Below, one piece after another: positions 8,929-17,799 of a DNA stretch of 36,162 bases (position 1 is its first letter; every line of letters begins with the position of its first letter). Source of the stretch: a virus (Duplodnaviria; Caudoviricetes); the IMG/VR virus record IMGVR_UViG_3300020045_008052, positions 1 through 36,162 of that record; one strand, 5' to 3'. A program made the position numbers and the translations under genes. The notes below the pieces were generated by a model. It was not told where the DNA came from. It searched no databases and saw nothing but the letters and a program-made list of their open reading frames with translations.

Positions 8929-9329
8929 TTCCAGGCAGGAATCCAAAGAGTATCACCATTGACGTAAATCACCCCTAGCCATCTATTTGGTGCCGTGCCG
9001 GTGACGGCCGGGGAATTCCCTGTCCCAAGCTCGGCAGTTGTAGAGCCTGTTCCTGCATATGAGAATTTCACTGTCCTAAATCTTGGGGTATTATTCGTAT
9101 CAATAGCCTGTGGTACACGAATCGCTAGGGTATCATGGATTGCGGTCTTGACTGTATCTTTGATATGCCCGAAGGAATATCTCCTGGATAGGGAATCGGG
9201 GCTTGCCTTGCGGACAATAAAAAACGTCGAATCACCTACGGTTGTAGCCTTGGGAAGGCTAAGAACTGAGATACCCGCGGAAATGGACAGACCGAATGAA
9301 AGTAAGATTACTGTAATTGTATTTTTCAT
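8925..9329 (-). CDS. Hypothetical protein with a predicted signal peptide
   Basis: GAGGG RBS; MKNTITVILLSFGLSISAG; C-terminus NSPAVTGTAPNRW...LWIPAWK. Confidence 0.65.
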   Translation of the reverse strand: MKNTITVILLSFGLSISAGISVLSLPKATTVGDSTFFIVRKASPDSLSRRYSFGHIKDTVKTAIHDTLAIRVPQAIDTNNTPRFRTVKFSYAGTGSTTAELGTGNSPAVTGTAPNRWLGVIYVNGDTLWIPAWK

Positions 9330-9336
9330 TTTTCCC

Positions 9337-9555
9337 TCATTCATCCGTGAGCGCGTGATCGCGAAGGTGTGCGGCTTCCTCTACCATATCCGTAAAGGAT
9401 GTAAATCCATTTGTGGTAAGGAGCGTGCTTAGATCCGTAGCGGAGTTCCCGAAGGTTTCATATCCATCGGATGAGTTTTTATAAATTAGCAATTTAGCCC
9501 CGCTTACATTTACAAAAGCCAATTCTTCCTGTTCCATCGAATCCCTGGCTGCCAC
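9337..9555 (-). CDS. Small hypothetical protein, possibly 5'-truncated by the rearrangement
   Basis: Open frame abutting the left inversion junction; an alternative ATG gives MEQEELAF... Confidence 0.45.
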   Translation of the reverse strand: MAARDSMEQEELAFVNVSGAKLLIYKNSSDGYETFGNSATDLSTLLTTNGFTSFTDMVEEAAHLRDHALTDE

Positions 9556-9769
9556 GTCTACCTGGACGGAAATCGGTCATTTGCTTGTCCTTGGTGCCTT
9601 GGAAGTGAACGGCGGGCAGGGTGATGCTCCTGCTACGGGAACTATCCGCGCCTCTTTCCATAATCCCTACGATCATCAGGTCCGTCTTAAGACCTGGGTA
9701 GCTGGAACCATTGCGACGGGTATCAATATGAGCGCCCAGGCATTCCCCATTCAGAATCTGTCGTACTAA
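9548..9769 (+). pseudogene. C-terminal half of a capsid cement/decoration protein, inverted and lacking its start
   Basis: AATSTWTEIGHLLVLGALEV...VRLKTWVAGTIATGINMSA resembles the small protein I recall following this capsid family; opposite strand to the whole late operon. Confidence 0.65.
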
Positions 9770-9782
9770 GGATTGGAGATGA

Positions 9783-10175
9783 ATGGACCTCACAAGCTTA
9801 CGGAGGGTAAAGTATTCCCTCGGTATCACAAAGACGGATCAGGACCATATCCTATCCCGGCTTGTCGGGTCCGCATCTAAGCAGATAGTCTACTGGCTTC
9901 GTCGCCTGGATAATACAGGCACGGAAGCAATCAAGCTCCAATCCCGAACAGAGTACATCGATCCAATTGCCGGGCAACGGGTCTTTTACCCGAGGGCCTA
10001 CCCGGTTTCCTCCATCACTTCCATTTATGGCGATACGACCGGGCTCTATACCGGATCCGAGGTTGCCCTTACCTCGACACAGTATCTGATAGGGGCAGAC
10101 GGCCGGTCTATAATCCTTACTGCAGACCCGAGTATTCCCCAATGGACTACCCTTGTTCCCGTAGTTCCACGGGGC
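9783..10175 (+). pseudogene. Head-tail adaptor (gp6/gp15-like), 3'-truncated and inverted
   Basis: GGAG RBS; MDLTSLRRVKYSLGI...DQDHILSRLVGSASKQI...RTEY...YPVSSITSI is a typical adaptor pattern; after VVPRG the frame becomes antisense of the capsid gene. Confidence 0.75.
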
Positions 10176-10343
10176 GACAACGGGCAAAACGTCGAAAATC
10201 GTGAATGGGTAATCGTACCCGGTCACGCTGACGTAAGGCAAGAAGGCGTTGATGATGTATTCCATCGCGAACATGTTCACGATGTTTTGAGCCTGGGGAT
10301 CTTTAATCGCCTTGGCTTGCTCGATAAGGGTTACCGCTGCCAT
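10170..10343 (-). pseudogene. Major capsid protein, first 58 codons only
   Basis: Follows the scaffold gene, GGAG RBS; MAAVTLIEQAK...IVNMF...LPY..V.G..Y......LPVVAP resembles an HK97-fold capsid N-terminus; the rest of the frame is antisense of the adaptor gene. Confidence 0.72.
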
Positions 10344-10478
10344 TTTTACTCCGTGAGAGGGTGGCTTGTGCGCATAGGGTAACTATTCCTTTTTTGGAAA
10401 AAAAGGACTGTATCAATTTATTGGGCGTTATTCGTGCTTAATAGGTGCGAATAGGGTTTAATTCGCCACGATTTTCAT

Positions 10479-11225
10479 TTAAGTGCCTAATCGTGAGGAT
10501 TTAAATGCGGCCCTAGCTTGTTCCCGGGTGTTAATAGTCTGACCCTCTCCCGCTCCGCCCCGATGATCTGCACCTGTACCTGATTTTCCGCTGGCGTCTA
10601 TCTTGGTTTTATCGGTATTGAGGTGCCAATTCATAAGTTCATCGGCATTGGCAACGGCTACTTTCTCGCCTTTTTCGTTCAATTTATTGAAAAATGGGGT
10701 GCCGTCCTCCTTATATCCAGTAAGCCCTTTGGCTTTGAGTAGGATAAATTCATCCTTTGGATTCCGGGCTTTCAGTTTAGCACCGGCAGAAATAATAGCT
10801 GCCTCTAAATCCGTTTCGCGTTTGGCGGATTCAGCGGCTACGGTCTTATCATTAGCGGCTTTGAGTTGATCTAGAATCCCCTGGGTAGCGGTTTTATTGG
10901 CTTCGATCTGTTCCAAGAGGGCTCTATACTCGGGAGAGTCCTTCCCCTTTCCATCGGCTTTCCATTGGTCCCTCTGTGAGGTAAGATCGTTTTTAATGGA
11001 AACAAGATTCTTAAAATCTGTAATAACTGATTCAGGATCCTTGGCCTTGGTTTCTGCAAGTAGCTTGGCGACGAATACCGAATGAGCCTTATACTCTCCA
11101 AGTTTGGGTAGATCGGCTTCAATCTCTGGGGTGATTAGACTTGCCCTTGTGTCTAGACCTTTAACAAATTCTAGTACCTCTGCATTTCCTGCTATTGCTG
11201 TTTCGATATTACTGGGGATTGCCAT
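10479..11225 (-). CDS. Capsid scaffolding protein
   Basis: 248 aa helical Ala/Lys/Glu-rich with a Gly-rich tail (SGKSGTGA..GG); between portal and capsid. Confidence 0.75.
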   Translation of the reverse strand: MAIPSNIETAIAGNAEVLEFVKGLDTRASLITPEIEADLPKLGEYKAHSVFVAKLLAETKAKDPESVITDFKNLVSIKNDLTSQRDQWKADGKGKDSPEYRALLEQIEANKTATQGILDQLKAANDKTVAAESAKRETDLEAAIISAGAKLKARNPKDEFILLKAKGLTGYKEDGTPFFNKLNEKGEKVAVANADELMNWHLNTDKTKIDASGKSGTGADHRGGAGEGQTINTREQARAAFKSSRLGT

Positions 11226-12654
11226 TGGTTCCTTCTTTCTGGGTTATAGTTTCAGACGCTTTCAATGCGTCGATTTCGTCATTTATTTCCTGGCTGGTCT
11301 TTTCATCGCGTGTGATTTCTGGTGTCAGGCTCTTATATCCCGTTTTGATTCCGATATCTGAGGGAAAGCGGATTTCAAGCAATCCCTTTACGAATTCAAG
11401 CCTCTGGCTAAAGGTGCGAATATCGAAGTCATTGGGATATTGAATAATGAAATCATCCGATTCCGAATCCATCAATATCCCAGCCAGAGATACAGCTTGG
11501 ATCTCGAACCGCTCTAAGGCTGATGCAAGTGAGGCAAGCATTCCGTTTGCTTCTGCAAAGTCATATCCCTTGGATACTCCGCTCTGTGGAGATTGAAGGG
11601 TTTCCGGTGTAAGCAAACGCCTTTCATTTTCTACAGCTAGGAGGAAGTATTTCTTTGCCCTATCGGATGCCTTTTCAATTAAGGCTAGGTCTTTGGTAAT
11701 ATACTCAGGTGCGCTTTTTTGATAGAGGAATACATTTTTAAAATCGTGCGCCTGCTTGTTCAGAACCTTTAGATTGGTATCTGCGCTCTTTTCGTGCTTG
11801 ATCTCTAGCTCGCTATCCCAGTCCTGTATATCCATTGCAAGGGTTGAATTGGCGTTCTTAAATACCTCCATATTGGCGGCATTTTCCAGAGCATTCCCCA
11901 TCAGGATATAGTCAGAAGTGGAAAAGAATGTAGCCGCTCCAATAGTCTGGTTAGGTTCGACATATTGCGCTTGGATAATTACGGGAACAATTCCGAAACT
12001 ATGCGGGGTAATGGGGACAATGAATGAATTCCCCCCGGAGGTACGAATAGAGAAGTCATTGCGCGTCCAGAACGCAATACCTTTTTTCTCGCCTTTCCAG
12101 ATTGGATCGGTCTTTGGGTTCCATGGATCTGCATCGACAACGGGAGCATCGACCCAATAGGCAAACCACTCTAAAGCCCCATCGTCTGAATACCGAAAGC
12201 TTATAACTTGGAGCGGATCGAGAATAGTTAGGAAAGGAATACCGTTTACTAGTTCTTCCGCCCTATTTTCAGCTGCCAGACGGGGCTTATCCATAACGGC
12301 AAAGACTGTTCCGTACGCGGATATGGATGGGCTTACCTCGTTCTGTACTATTTCCTCTAGGGATTGTTTGGATCGATCTGCTGAATCAACAAATACCTCT
12401 TGTCCGTCTGAAAGCTTGTCCCTTTGGATACCCTGCTTGTAGATTGCATCGCCTTTTGCACGAAGTAGAGGATTGGTCAGGTTAATAAAGCCTTGGGAGA
12501 ATATGGGAAGTCGTTCGAGTTTTGCGGTTGCGGATTCATTGGGAAGCGAAAGCATGAATGCCTTATACTGTGAGCGATCTTCCTCCTTCAATATTTTGAT
12601 CTGCTTCCATATCTCCTGGACCTTTTGGATCTCGGGGTGCATCTTGATTTTCAT
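11209..12654 (-). CDS. Portal protein
   Basis: 481 aa directly after terL; late QSGVSK...IQYP.DFDI pattern typical of portals. Confidence 0.8.
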   Translation of the reverse strand: MKIKMHPEIQKVQEIWKQIKILKEEDRSQYKAFMLSLPNESATAKLERLPIFSQGFINLTNPLLRAKGDAIYKQGIQRDKLSDGQEVFVDSADRSKQSLEEIVQNEVSPSISAYGTVFAVMDKPRLAAENRAEELVNGIPFLTILDPLQVISFRYSDDGALEWFAYWVDAPVVDADPWNPKTDPIWKGEKKGIAFWTRNDFSIRTSGGNSFIVPITPHSFGIVPVIIQAQYVEPNQTIGAATFFSTSDYILMGNALENAANMEVFKNANSTLAMDIQDWDSELEIKHEKSADTNLKVLNKQAHDFKNVFLYQKSAPEYITKDLALIEKASDRAKKYFLLAVENERRLLTPETLQSPQSGVSKGYDFAEANGMLASLASALERFEIQAVSLAGILMDSESDDFIIQYPNDFDIRTFSQRLEFVKGLLEIRFPSDIGIKTGYKSLTPEITRDEKTSQEINDEIDALKASETITQKEGTNGNPQ

Positions 12655-14000
12655 GTTACCCTGTCTCTATTGGAATGATTGGTTTTTCTTGTAATCGGAT
12701 AACGGTATTCAACCATATATCCCAGGCAATCGCCCATATGTCCGCGGGCTTTGTCCTTGTAGTGTCCTGTCATAAATTCCGGCCTTATACATTTGCGTAA
12801 GTCCTCGGCCAGGTGCCTACAGTTTTTGGTGATATATATGAATCGTTGACCTGCAAAATTACAAAGGCGCCCATTAACTGCATTGAGCCGATCAATACGC
12901 CTGGGATTGGATGGTCTATAGAAAACCTGGTGATTGGTTTCCTTCATGGTGTTCCTTACGATATTCAGATCTGAAATCCCAACACCGTGTGAATGCCGGC
13001 CCTCCCCTGTGGCATCCTGGTAAATCATATACCGGAATTCGGTACCGAATTTTTCAAGTAGGGCAGTCATTTTGGCTTCGGTTGAGCAGTTCATTAAATG
13101 GAGCTCGTCGAATACAATTAGCTTAGGCTGTGGAATAGAATTCGGAAATTCCTTCCAGTCTGGTACCTCTTGGGCAACGATAAGGGTATTGGGAGACCAG
13201 TTGAAATCTTGTCCAATAAGTAGTGGTAGATTCTTGTCCGGCTCTCCGAATTCTTCCCGTTCGATGAGATTCTTAGTGGAATAGGCATGGTATGCTTGGG
13301 CAGATGTAAGGTTTACAAACTGGCCAGCCATATAGGAGGCCACTTCCTGCTCTGAGTAGGATTCCTCCATATTTTTGAAAAAGTCATCCGGGAGAAAGAT
13401 ATTGTCCCTTGAATGTGCGCGGATATCCGTAAAGCTTGAAGGTCGCAAATCGCCTTCAACCAGATCGGCATACCAGTTTAGATCCTCAGGGGTTCCTGTT
13501 AGGTAGACTTCCGGTCGGGTGGCTTTAGGGTGCCTGACTCTACCTCGAGCCTGCTTGAAAACATCGTGTGACTGTAGGCCAGGCTCATCAATACCGAAAC
13601 TGCCTAGATTCGGGCCTTTGAGCCGTTTGGGATCCTCCCCGGATAGTATAACCAGTTGACCACCCCATATTGTTTTGAAACAGTGATCTTGTCTGTGGTA
13701 ATCAAAATCCTTTCCCTGGACTAGCCCCATCCAGTCCTCGAGGACTTCAAAGATTGATGGGATTACGGTTAGCTTGGCCATAGGAAAAGACGGGGAGCAA
13801 ATAGCATGAAGGATACCTGGATCCCACATGGTATGAATAATTCCCTTGAGCGCGCAGGAGGATGATTTACCGGAGCCATATCCACCAGTTAGGGCTGTGA
13901 CGCTAGCAGTAGATGCCATGAAGGCATTTTGATGCGGGAGAAGCGGGATATTGAGGTCAGATTGCATTAATAGCCCAATTAGAATACTGGTGACATTCAT
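12651..14000 (-). CDS. terL: Terminase large subunit
   Basis: LLPHQ, Walker A GGYGSGKS, Walker B FGIDEP, coupling motif TGTP, nuclease GQDFN and H.GD..GY. Confidence 0.95.
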   Translation of the reverse strand: MNVTSILIGLLMQSDLNIPLLPHQNAFMASTASVTALTGGYGSGKSSSCALKGIIHTMWDPGILHAICSPSFPMAKLTVIPSIFEVLEDWMGLVQGKDFDYHRQDHCFKTIWGGQLVILSGEDPKRLKGPNLGSFGIDEPGLQSHDVFKQARGRVRHPKATRPEVYLTGTPEDLNWYADLVEGDLRPSSFTDIRAHSRDNIFLPDDFFKNMEESYSEQEVASYMAGQFVNLTSAQAYHAYSTKNLIEREEFGEPDKNLPLLIGQDFNWSPNTLIVAQEVPDWKEFPNSIPQPKLIVFDELHLMNCSTEAKMTALLEKFGTEFRYMIYQDATGEGRHSHGVGISDLNIVRNTMKETNHQVFYRPSNPRRIDRLNAVNGRLCNFAGQRFIYITKNCRHLAEDLRKCIRPEFMTGHYKDKARGHMGDCLGYMVEYRYPITRKTNHSNRDRVT

Positions 14001-14359
14001 GGCTTGCGGGCATCAGAAAACGTGATATTCAGTCCAAAGGGTAGACTATCAATGGGATTATCAATTCTATCCCTCTGGCCTAAAACCTGTTTTCCAAGCC
14101 AGATCCCCATGGTAGCATTCCCTGCCATTAGGAGGCGCATTTGTTGGCGACGGACGGATACCTGCATTTTCGGGCGCCCAGCTTTTATAGCCTCCGCAAA
14201 ATTGCGTTCTAGGGTATCAACGGAACAACCTAGTTCGGCGCCAATTTCCTCCATGGTGCAGCCAATTCGGGCCAAAAGAGCCACTTTTTCCGGGTCAATA
14301 TCGAGGCGCGGACGGCCGGCACCGGGCTTGTTCTTGCGCTTGGGCTTCTCGTCAGCCAT
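13997..14359 (-). CDS. terS: Terminase small subunit
   Basis: GRP, HTH (CTMEEIGAELGCSVDTLER), GNATMGIWLGKQVLGQRD; directly before terL. Confidence 0.85.
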   Translation of the reverse strand: MADEKPKRKNKPGAGRPRLDIDPEKVALLARIGCTMEEIGAELGCSVDTLERNFAEAIKAGRPKMQVSVRRQQMRLLMAGNATMGIWLGKQVLGQRDRIDNPIDSLPFGLNITFSDARKP

Positions 14360-15605
14360 TGGATAGCTCGGCGGTCAATCCGGTGAATTTCTGCCAACGC
14401 TCGATTATTACATCACAGAAAATGGGGTCTATCTCCATGGCGAAGCATGACCGGCCCGCCTTTTCGCTGGCGATGAGGGTGGAACCGGAACCGCCGAAAG
14501 GTTCATAAAGCACATCTTTGGGTTTACTGCTGTTTTCAATAGCCTTTAAAATCAGATCGATGGGCTTTTGAGTGGGATGCTCTTTCTCCGAGCGCATAGG
14601 CCTGTCAAACTCCCATATCGTACTTTGATTATGCTCACCATAAAAATTATGCGCCGCACCCTCTTTCCAGCCATATATGATAGGCTCATGCTGGCTATGG
14701 TAATCCTTGCGGCCAAATACAAACTGCTGCTTCACCCATATTATAAGACCGGAATATTTAAAGCAATCTTGTTTAAAAGCGGTGATAAAGTTATTGATTT
14801 CGGAATCGGAAAAGCAGACATAAATAGAGGCTCCCGCCTTCATATTGGCGTAAATAACGTTGAAAGTTGAGCGCAGGAAATCCAGAAAATCCCCATCCTT
14901 CATGGCGTCGTTCTGAATTTTTGGGCCTTTCCCGTAGTTCTTTTTATCCCTGGGGTCGTGTGTGCCTCCGGAAATGGCTACATTATATGGAGGGTCGGTG
15001 AACACCATATCAGCCAGCCCTCCCTCCATCAGTTTTTCCACGGCTTTGATGTCGGTGGCGTCCCCGCAAAGGAGTCGATGCCTGCCCAGGATGTACAGAT
15101 CGCCGGGCTTGGTCTTGGCCACCTTGGGGATGTCGGGGATGGCGTCCGGGTCGGTGAGGCCTTCGGTTACGGTGTCTTCACCCAGGCCGAGCTCGGAATC
15201 TTCGAAGCCCCATTCGAGTAGGTCGGCCTCGTCGAACTCGTTGGCTAGGAGGTCGAAGTCCCAGGAGCCGGTGTTCCGGTTCATGCGGATATTAGCCTCC
15301 TTCTCCTTCTTGGGGGGAAAGGAAACCTCGAGGCAGGGATATGTGGTCATCCCCAGGGATTCGGCCACCTTGAGGCGCTGGTGCCCGGAAATGATGATAT
15401 TTTCCCGGCCGGGGTATTGGTTGATGAACGCGGGCTCCAGGGTGCCGAGATTTTCAAAGGACTTTTTCAGGTCGGCGAACTGCTTTTCGGTTAGACTGCG
15501 GGGATTGTATTCGGAGGGTTTTAGATCGGATATTTTGCGGAAAACAATTGGGAATGTTTCCGAAACGGCTTTTTTGCTTTTATCAGACATATTCCGCCCC
15601 GTCAT
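14352..15605 (-). CDS. ParB-like N-domain fused to an N6A/N4C DNA methyltransferase
   Basis: YNPR and IISGHQR (ParB/Srx); DPPY; HPTQKP; FGGSGST. Confidence 0.92.
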   Translation of the reverse strand: MTGRNMSDKSKKAVSETFPIVFRKISDLKPSEYNPRSLTEKQFADLKKSFENLGTLEPAFINQYPGRENIIISGHQRLKVAESLGMTTYPCLEVSFPPKKEKEANIRMNRNTGSWDFDLLANEFDEADLLEWGFEDSELGLGEDTVTEGLTDPDAIPDIPKVAKTKPGDLYILGRHRLLCGDATDIKAVEKLMEGGLADMVFTDPPYNVAISGGTHDPRDKKNYGKGPKIQNDAMKDGDFLDFLRSTFNVIYANMKAGASIYVCFSDSEINNFITAFKQDCFKYSGLIIWVKQQFVFGRKDYHSQHEPIIYGWKEGAAHNFYGEHNQSTIWEFDRPMRSEKEHPTQKPIDLILKAIENSSKPKDVLYEPFGGSGSTLIASEKAGRSCFAMEIDPIFCDVIIERWQKFTGLTAELSNG

Positions 15606-15748
15606 CCTCGACAGAGTTATCCAGGCTTCCCGTCCTTGGGTTGCCCGCTTAATAAGGATAAGATATGGGGAATCGGAAAGTTAGTAGGTTGGGAGAATTA
15701 TCTTGGGCGAATGGTTGTTAATAGGTTGTTTTTGTTTAACGTGAATCA

Positions 15749-15994
15749 TTATCGGAGTTCTGTAAGGATAGAGGTTATTTGGGAGCGGACCCAGTTTTGT
15801 GGATTTCTTTTGGGGCGGAGTTCCAAATCCTTGAGGGTGTCTTTGTAGATAGCGTCTTGCTGGAATTTTGCCTTGATGCGAAGCCAAAGACGACCGCGGG
15901 AAAGTCCTCTTGCCTCCCGGGCTTTGCGTAGTGCCTCTCCAAATGGGATCATATTTGCCTTTCCCATGGCTAGGATATCATTTTCCGTCCTCAC
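15749..15994 (-). CDS. XRE/Cro-like HTH protein
   Basis: FGEALRKAREARGLSRGRL; GTG at 15994 lies 7 nt past a -10 box (alternative ATG at 15967). Confidence 0.7.
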   Translation of the reverse strand: MRTENDILAMGKANMIPFGEALRKAREARGLSRGRLWLRIKAKFQQDAIYKDTLKDLELRPKRNPQNWVRSQITSILTELR

Positions 15995-16000
15995 AGGGCC

Positions 16001-16029
16001 AGAATAAAAATAATTGTCATACCAGTCAA
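16001..16029 (-). promoter_or_regulatory. Leftward sigma70-type promoter TTGACT-17-TATTCT
   Basis: Near-consensus boxes with an exact 17-nt spacer. Confidence 0.7.
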
Positions 16030-16042
16030 TAGAATATATATT
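16014..16042 (+). promoter_or_regulatory. Rightward sigma70-type promoter TTGTCA-17-TATATT
   Basis: Overlaps the leftward promoter; ATG at 16049. Confidence 0.7.
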
Positions 16043-16048
16043 GAAATA

Positions 16049-16270
16049 ATGGCAATTCCTGTTCCTATCTCTGAGATCTGCAATAAGACCGGCAAAAAAC
16101 GCGGGATTGTGCTGTATCATGCTAGGGCCGGACATTGGCAATTCATGGGGAAAAACGCGGCTATCCAGATGCCTATGTCCGGGATTTGGCTGATTGACCC
16201 AAGGGCTGAATTGATTATCCCCCCTTCCCGGGTGGGGAATCGAATCCATAACGGGCGGCCTAAGAAATAG
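16049..16270 (+). CDS. Small basic putative DNA-binding protein
   Basis: 73 aa, excisionase-like layout (ISEICNKTGKKRGIVLYHARAG...GIWLID); divergent from the HTH gene. Confidence 0.6.
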   Translation: MAIPVPISEICNKTGKKRGIVLYHARAGHWQFMGKNAAIQMPMSGIWLIDPRAELIIPPSRVGNRIHNGRPKK

Positions 16271-16347
16271 GTTGAAATACCTATTTAATTGTTTGACAGG
16301 TTAGACAACCTAATTTATATTGTTTCTATAGGTTATCGAAAGTACCT
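16265..16347 (+). promoter_or_regulatory. Strong promoter TTGACA(16293)-17-TATATT(16316) with AGGT..ACCT dyads
   Basis: Consensus -35; dyads at 16269-16282, 16298-16311 and 16330-16347. Confidence 0.8.
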
Positions 16348-16361
16348 AGAAAGGAAATAAA

Positions 16362-16553
16362 ATGGAAAATGAGGCCAATATTGCATATCTAGTCTATGAG
16401 GCTAGGATTTGGAGGAAAAAAGCTAGGGCCTATCGATTCGCAAAATCCGAATATCGGGGTATTTCCGATGGGCTGATGATCGCGGCCCGCCATTTGAAGG
16501 GGTATTTCACCCAGGCTTGGTATGTCAATTGTCCTTATCGGAGGGCCGGATGA
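16362..16553 (+). CDS. Hypothetical protein
   Basis: AAGGA RBS; first gene after the promoter. Confidence 0.7.
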   Translation: MENEANIAYLVYEARIWRKKARAYRFAKSEYRGISDGLMIAARHLKGYFTQAWYVNCPYRRAG

Positions 16554-16861
16554 GCTACTGCCCCGTGGAAGCCAGTTTTGACGATTGGGACCGCAGCCAG
16601 CAGGAGCTACAGGACCATGACGATTGGGTGGCCGCCGGCCCTACCGAGCGGGGAATCTGCGACACCTGCGGCCTTTTTTACCGGGCTTACCTCCGGGATA
16701 TGGAACGGATCTGCGAGAAGTGCCTTTTCCCCGAGCGGTACAAGGTCGTTGGGAACCGCGGAAAGCGCGTTCTTTTGACCGAGACTGAGCGCCTGGAACG
16801 CGCCAGAGCCCACTACCAGCGCAACATGGAAATCATCTATGCGGCCCGGGGGGTGGAATGA
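16550..16861 (+). CDS. Hypothetical protein with two CxxC pairs
   Basis: ATGA-coupled; CDTC and CEKC. Confidence 0.7.
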   Translation: MSYCPVEASFDDWDRSQQELQDHDDWVAAGPTERGICDTCGLFYRAYLRDMERICEKCLFPERYKVVGNRGKRVLLTETERLERARAHYQRNMEIIYAARGVE

Positions 16862-16965
16862 TCCTGGGCACCCCTTGGTTCGCCGCTGACCGCCTGGGTA
16901 TCCTGGCCCTGGTTCTCCTGATTGGCTGCATCACCTGGACGGCTTGGAAAAGGGAGGAATTGTGA
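16858..16965 (+). CDS. 35-aa membrane peptide
   Basis: MILGTPWFAADRLGILALVLLIGCITWTAWKREEL; coupled on both sides. Confidence 0.55.
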   Translation: MILGTPWFAADRLGILALVLLIGCITWTAWKREEL

Positions 16966-17231
16966 CTGGCGATGATATTCCATTCCTTGCCGTTGGAAAT
17001 GACGAACTGGCTGGCTCCCCAACCATCAAAAAGGGTGACATGATTGAGCATCAGCACACGGATGGGACATGGGAGACAGCAACCATCGAGTATGGCGATA
17101 AGGTTCTGGAGAACGGCGAGAAAGTCAAGAGTAGCCTGCTGGCGTTTTACACGCTGAAAAATGGGGAAACGTACTTAGCCGGGCTTGGCGGGAAGATGTT
17201 GGGAAGGAAAAACTTGAGGAGGAAATTATGA
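16962..17231 (+). CDS. Hypothetical protein
   Basis: GGAGG RBS and GTG start. Confidence 0.65.
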   Translation: MTGDDIPFLAVGNDELAGSPTIKKGDMIEHQHTDGTWETATIEYGDKVLENGEKVKSSLLAFYTLKNGETYLAGLGGKMLGRKNLRRKL

Positions 17232-17500
17232 ACATCATGGAATATGCCGATGTTTTGAATCTGGAAATCTCTCTAACGTATTACCCGAATCAAGATGGCC
17301 GTTGGTGCGCCAGATTTGAACGCGGGGAAATAATGGAAGGTGGCTGTTTGGTGGGGGCACATGGAAACGGCCAAAGCCCTACTCTCGCGATTGTGGATTA
17401 TGTCGAGCAGATCAAAGGCAAGAAAATGGCTTTCAATTCTATGAGCGATAGGCGTAGTGAGTTTGAGATTCCAAAAACGCTTACCTCGGGAGCATTCTGA
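17228..17500 (+). CDS. Hypothetical phage protein
   Basis: GGAGG RBS, ATGA overlap. Confidence 0.7.
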   Translation: MNIMEYADVLNLEISLTYYPNQDGRWCARFERGEIMEGGCLVGAHGNGQSPTLAIVDYVEQIKGKKMAFNSMSDRRSEFEIPKTLTSGAF

Positions 17501-17799
17501 TGACCGAGAAACTACTGGTTGAGATTCGCGAGCTTACCGCCGCGCTTGCCAAGGAGCGGGACGAGAACGCGAGACTCAGGGAGGCGATGGGCAAAGCCCT
17601 TATTGCTATTGACCCTTGGCTCGATATGGAGCATTGGGAAGAGTGTGAAGCCAGGACAGAAGCAGATGAAGATGATATCATCAACAACCCTGGGGACTTT
17701 TTGGAAAAGTGCGATTGCTCTGTAAAACTTTTCCATAATATGGTGCAGGACTTTAAGCAAGCCCTGTCCCCGCCTTCCAGCCCGCAGGGGGATGTATGA
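17500..17799 (+). CDS. Hypothetical protein
   Basis: Coupled ORF with ENARLREA coiled-coil stretch. Confidence 0.65.
   Translation: MTEKLLVEIRELTAALAKERDENARLREAMGKALIAIDPWLDMEHWEECEARTEADEDDIINNPGDFLEKCDCSVKLFHNMVQDFKQALSPPSSPQGDV

Noticed and set aside
9548-10175. Programmed invertible (phase-variable) capsid switch
   Set aside because: Only a GCCnCGT 6/7 inverted match at the ends, no recombinase gene, and re-inversion does not restore full-length genes
14352-15605. ParB domain as evidence of plasmid-like partitioning
   Set aside because: ParB-MTase fusions next to terS are common in phages, and no ParA is present
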